DNA of 64,000 bases, taken from positions 411,471 to 475,470 of the forward strand of contig CAVWLM010000006.1 of the NCBI GenBank assembly GCA_963755905.1, read 5' to 3'. How positions within the stretch are numbered: position 1 is the stretch's first letter; each line of letters starts with the position of its first letter. This document shows, one piece after another, positions 63,152 to 64,000 of the stretch. A program made the translations under genes and the position numbers. The notes below the pieces were generated by a model. It searched no databases and was not told where the DNA came from. It was given only the letters and a program-made list of their open reading frames with translations. The DNA is from an uncultured delta proteobacterium. GTDB lineage: Bacteria; Desulfobacterota; Binatia; Binatales; Binataceae.

Positions 63152-63660
63152 TGTCCCCGACCGCTCGTCCTTTGATTTATCCGATTCCCGACGCCCAGCT
63201 CCCCTGGGTCTTCGGCCTGCTCGAGATGCTCGAAGATCGCGGCGGGCGCGAGGACGGCTACAAGATCGCGCGCGACCTCAACTTCAAGTTCTCGGACCTC
63301 CTCAAGGTGATGAAGGCGGCGGAAATCCTGGGGCTGGTCTCCACCCCGGCCGGCGACGTGGTGCTGGAGCCGCTCGGCCGTGAATTTCTAGCCGCCGACA
63401 TGAATACGCGCAAGCGCATCCTCCGCGAACGGCTCTCCAAGCATTCGCTCTTCAGCTATTTCGTGCGGCTGCTGCGCGGCCAGGAAGATCGTTCATTGTC
63501 CAAGGAAGTGGTGCTCGAGCATCTCGCGATGCTCCTGCCGGACGAGCGGCCGGAACGGATGTTCGCCACGATGGTCGGTTGGGGCCGCTTCGCCGAATTA
63601 TTCGGCTATAACAAGGACGACGACCGCTTCTACCTGGATGAGGAACCGGACAAGTCCTGA
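63151..63660 (+). CDS. Stand-alone AAA-associated C-terminal domain protein
   Basis: GLLEML...GREDGYKIA...AAEILGL...GDVVL...WGRFAELF, the domain usually fused to this ATPase family; TGATG overlap. Confidence 0.8.
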   Translation: MSPTARPLIYPIPDAQLPWVFGLLEMLEDRGGREDGYKIARDLNFKFSDLLKVMKAAEILGLVSTPAGDVVLEPLGREFLAADMNTRKRILRERLSKHSLFSYFVRLLRGQEDRSLSKEVVLEHLAMLLPDERPERMFATMVGWGRFAELFGYNKDDDRFYLDEEPDKS

Positions 63661-63692
63661 AATTCCAAACAGTCCGAAAGGAGAATTCCACG

Positions 63693-64000
63693 ATGGCTAC
63701 CGACAACGAACGGCTGGTGAGCGAATTCTGCCGGACCTGGGAGACCCTGGACATCGACAAGGTGATGGAATTCTTCACCGATGACGCCGTCTACCACAAC
63801 ATTCCGCTCAAGGTCGCCAAGGGCAAGGCCGAAATTCGCAAGACCATCGACGGCTTCATGCCCGGCACCACGAAGATCGAATTCAAGATACTCAGCACCG
63901 CGTCGGCGGGCGCGAGCGTGTTCAACGAGCGAGTCGATTCCTTCATCGTAAATGGCCGTCCCGTGGCGGTGCCGGTGGCTGGGGTGTTCGAGATCAGCGG
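63693..64000 (+). CDS. Limonene-1,2-epoxide hydrolase family protein (3' end outside window)
   Basis: MATDNERLVSEFCRTW...DDAVYHNIP...FNERVD...VPVAGVFEI; AAGGAG RBS. Confidence 0.9.
   Translation, partial: MATDNERLVSEFCRTWETLDIDKVMEFFTDDAVYHNIPLKVAKGKAEIRKTIDGFMPGTTKIEFKILSTASAGASVFNERVDSFIVNGRPVAVPVAGVFEIS

Overview
This is a high-GC bacterial chromosomal segment. Gene content (CYP125-like P450s, LLM monooxygenase, Kelch/Ig surface protein, NtrC-type regulators, thrS-infC-rpmI-rplT-pheST-ihfA-merR, ffs-dnaX-ybaB-recR, addAB) suggests a deltaproteobacteria-like lineage such as Candidatus Binatia; this is inference only. It holds about 55 CDS, tRNA-Val(GAC) and SRP RNA. No CRISPR, IS, integrase or prophage was seen. 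Seven apparent +1 frameshifts (dnaX x2, a sigma54 activator, a GGCT-like gene, addB x2, an ABC permease) cluster in 39.9-61.6 kb and are most likely consensus errors. The best leads are: (1) a PTPS-III-type (ExxHGH) pterin enzyme 4 nt from an uncharacterised gamma-glutamylcyclotransferase-fold gene; (2) a Zn-ribbon/TPR membrane protein with an LPAGHP motif and a duplicated Met-rich domain, preceded by two long perfect palindromes; (3) a globin-like-sensor kinase/NtrC pair divergent from a pseudo-hydrolase-glycosyltransferase with a candidate sigma54 promoter; (4) an IscR/CymR-hybrid Rrf2 regulator with a visible operator; (5) a rod-like candidate ncRNA between recR and sodB; (6) an extended SRP RNA. 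None is proven novel without database searches.
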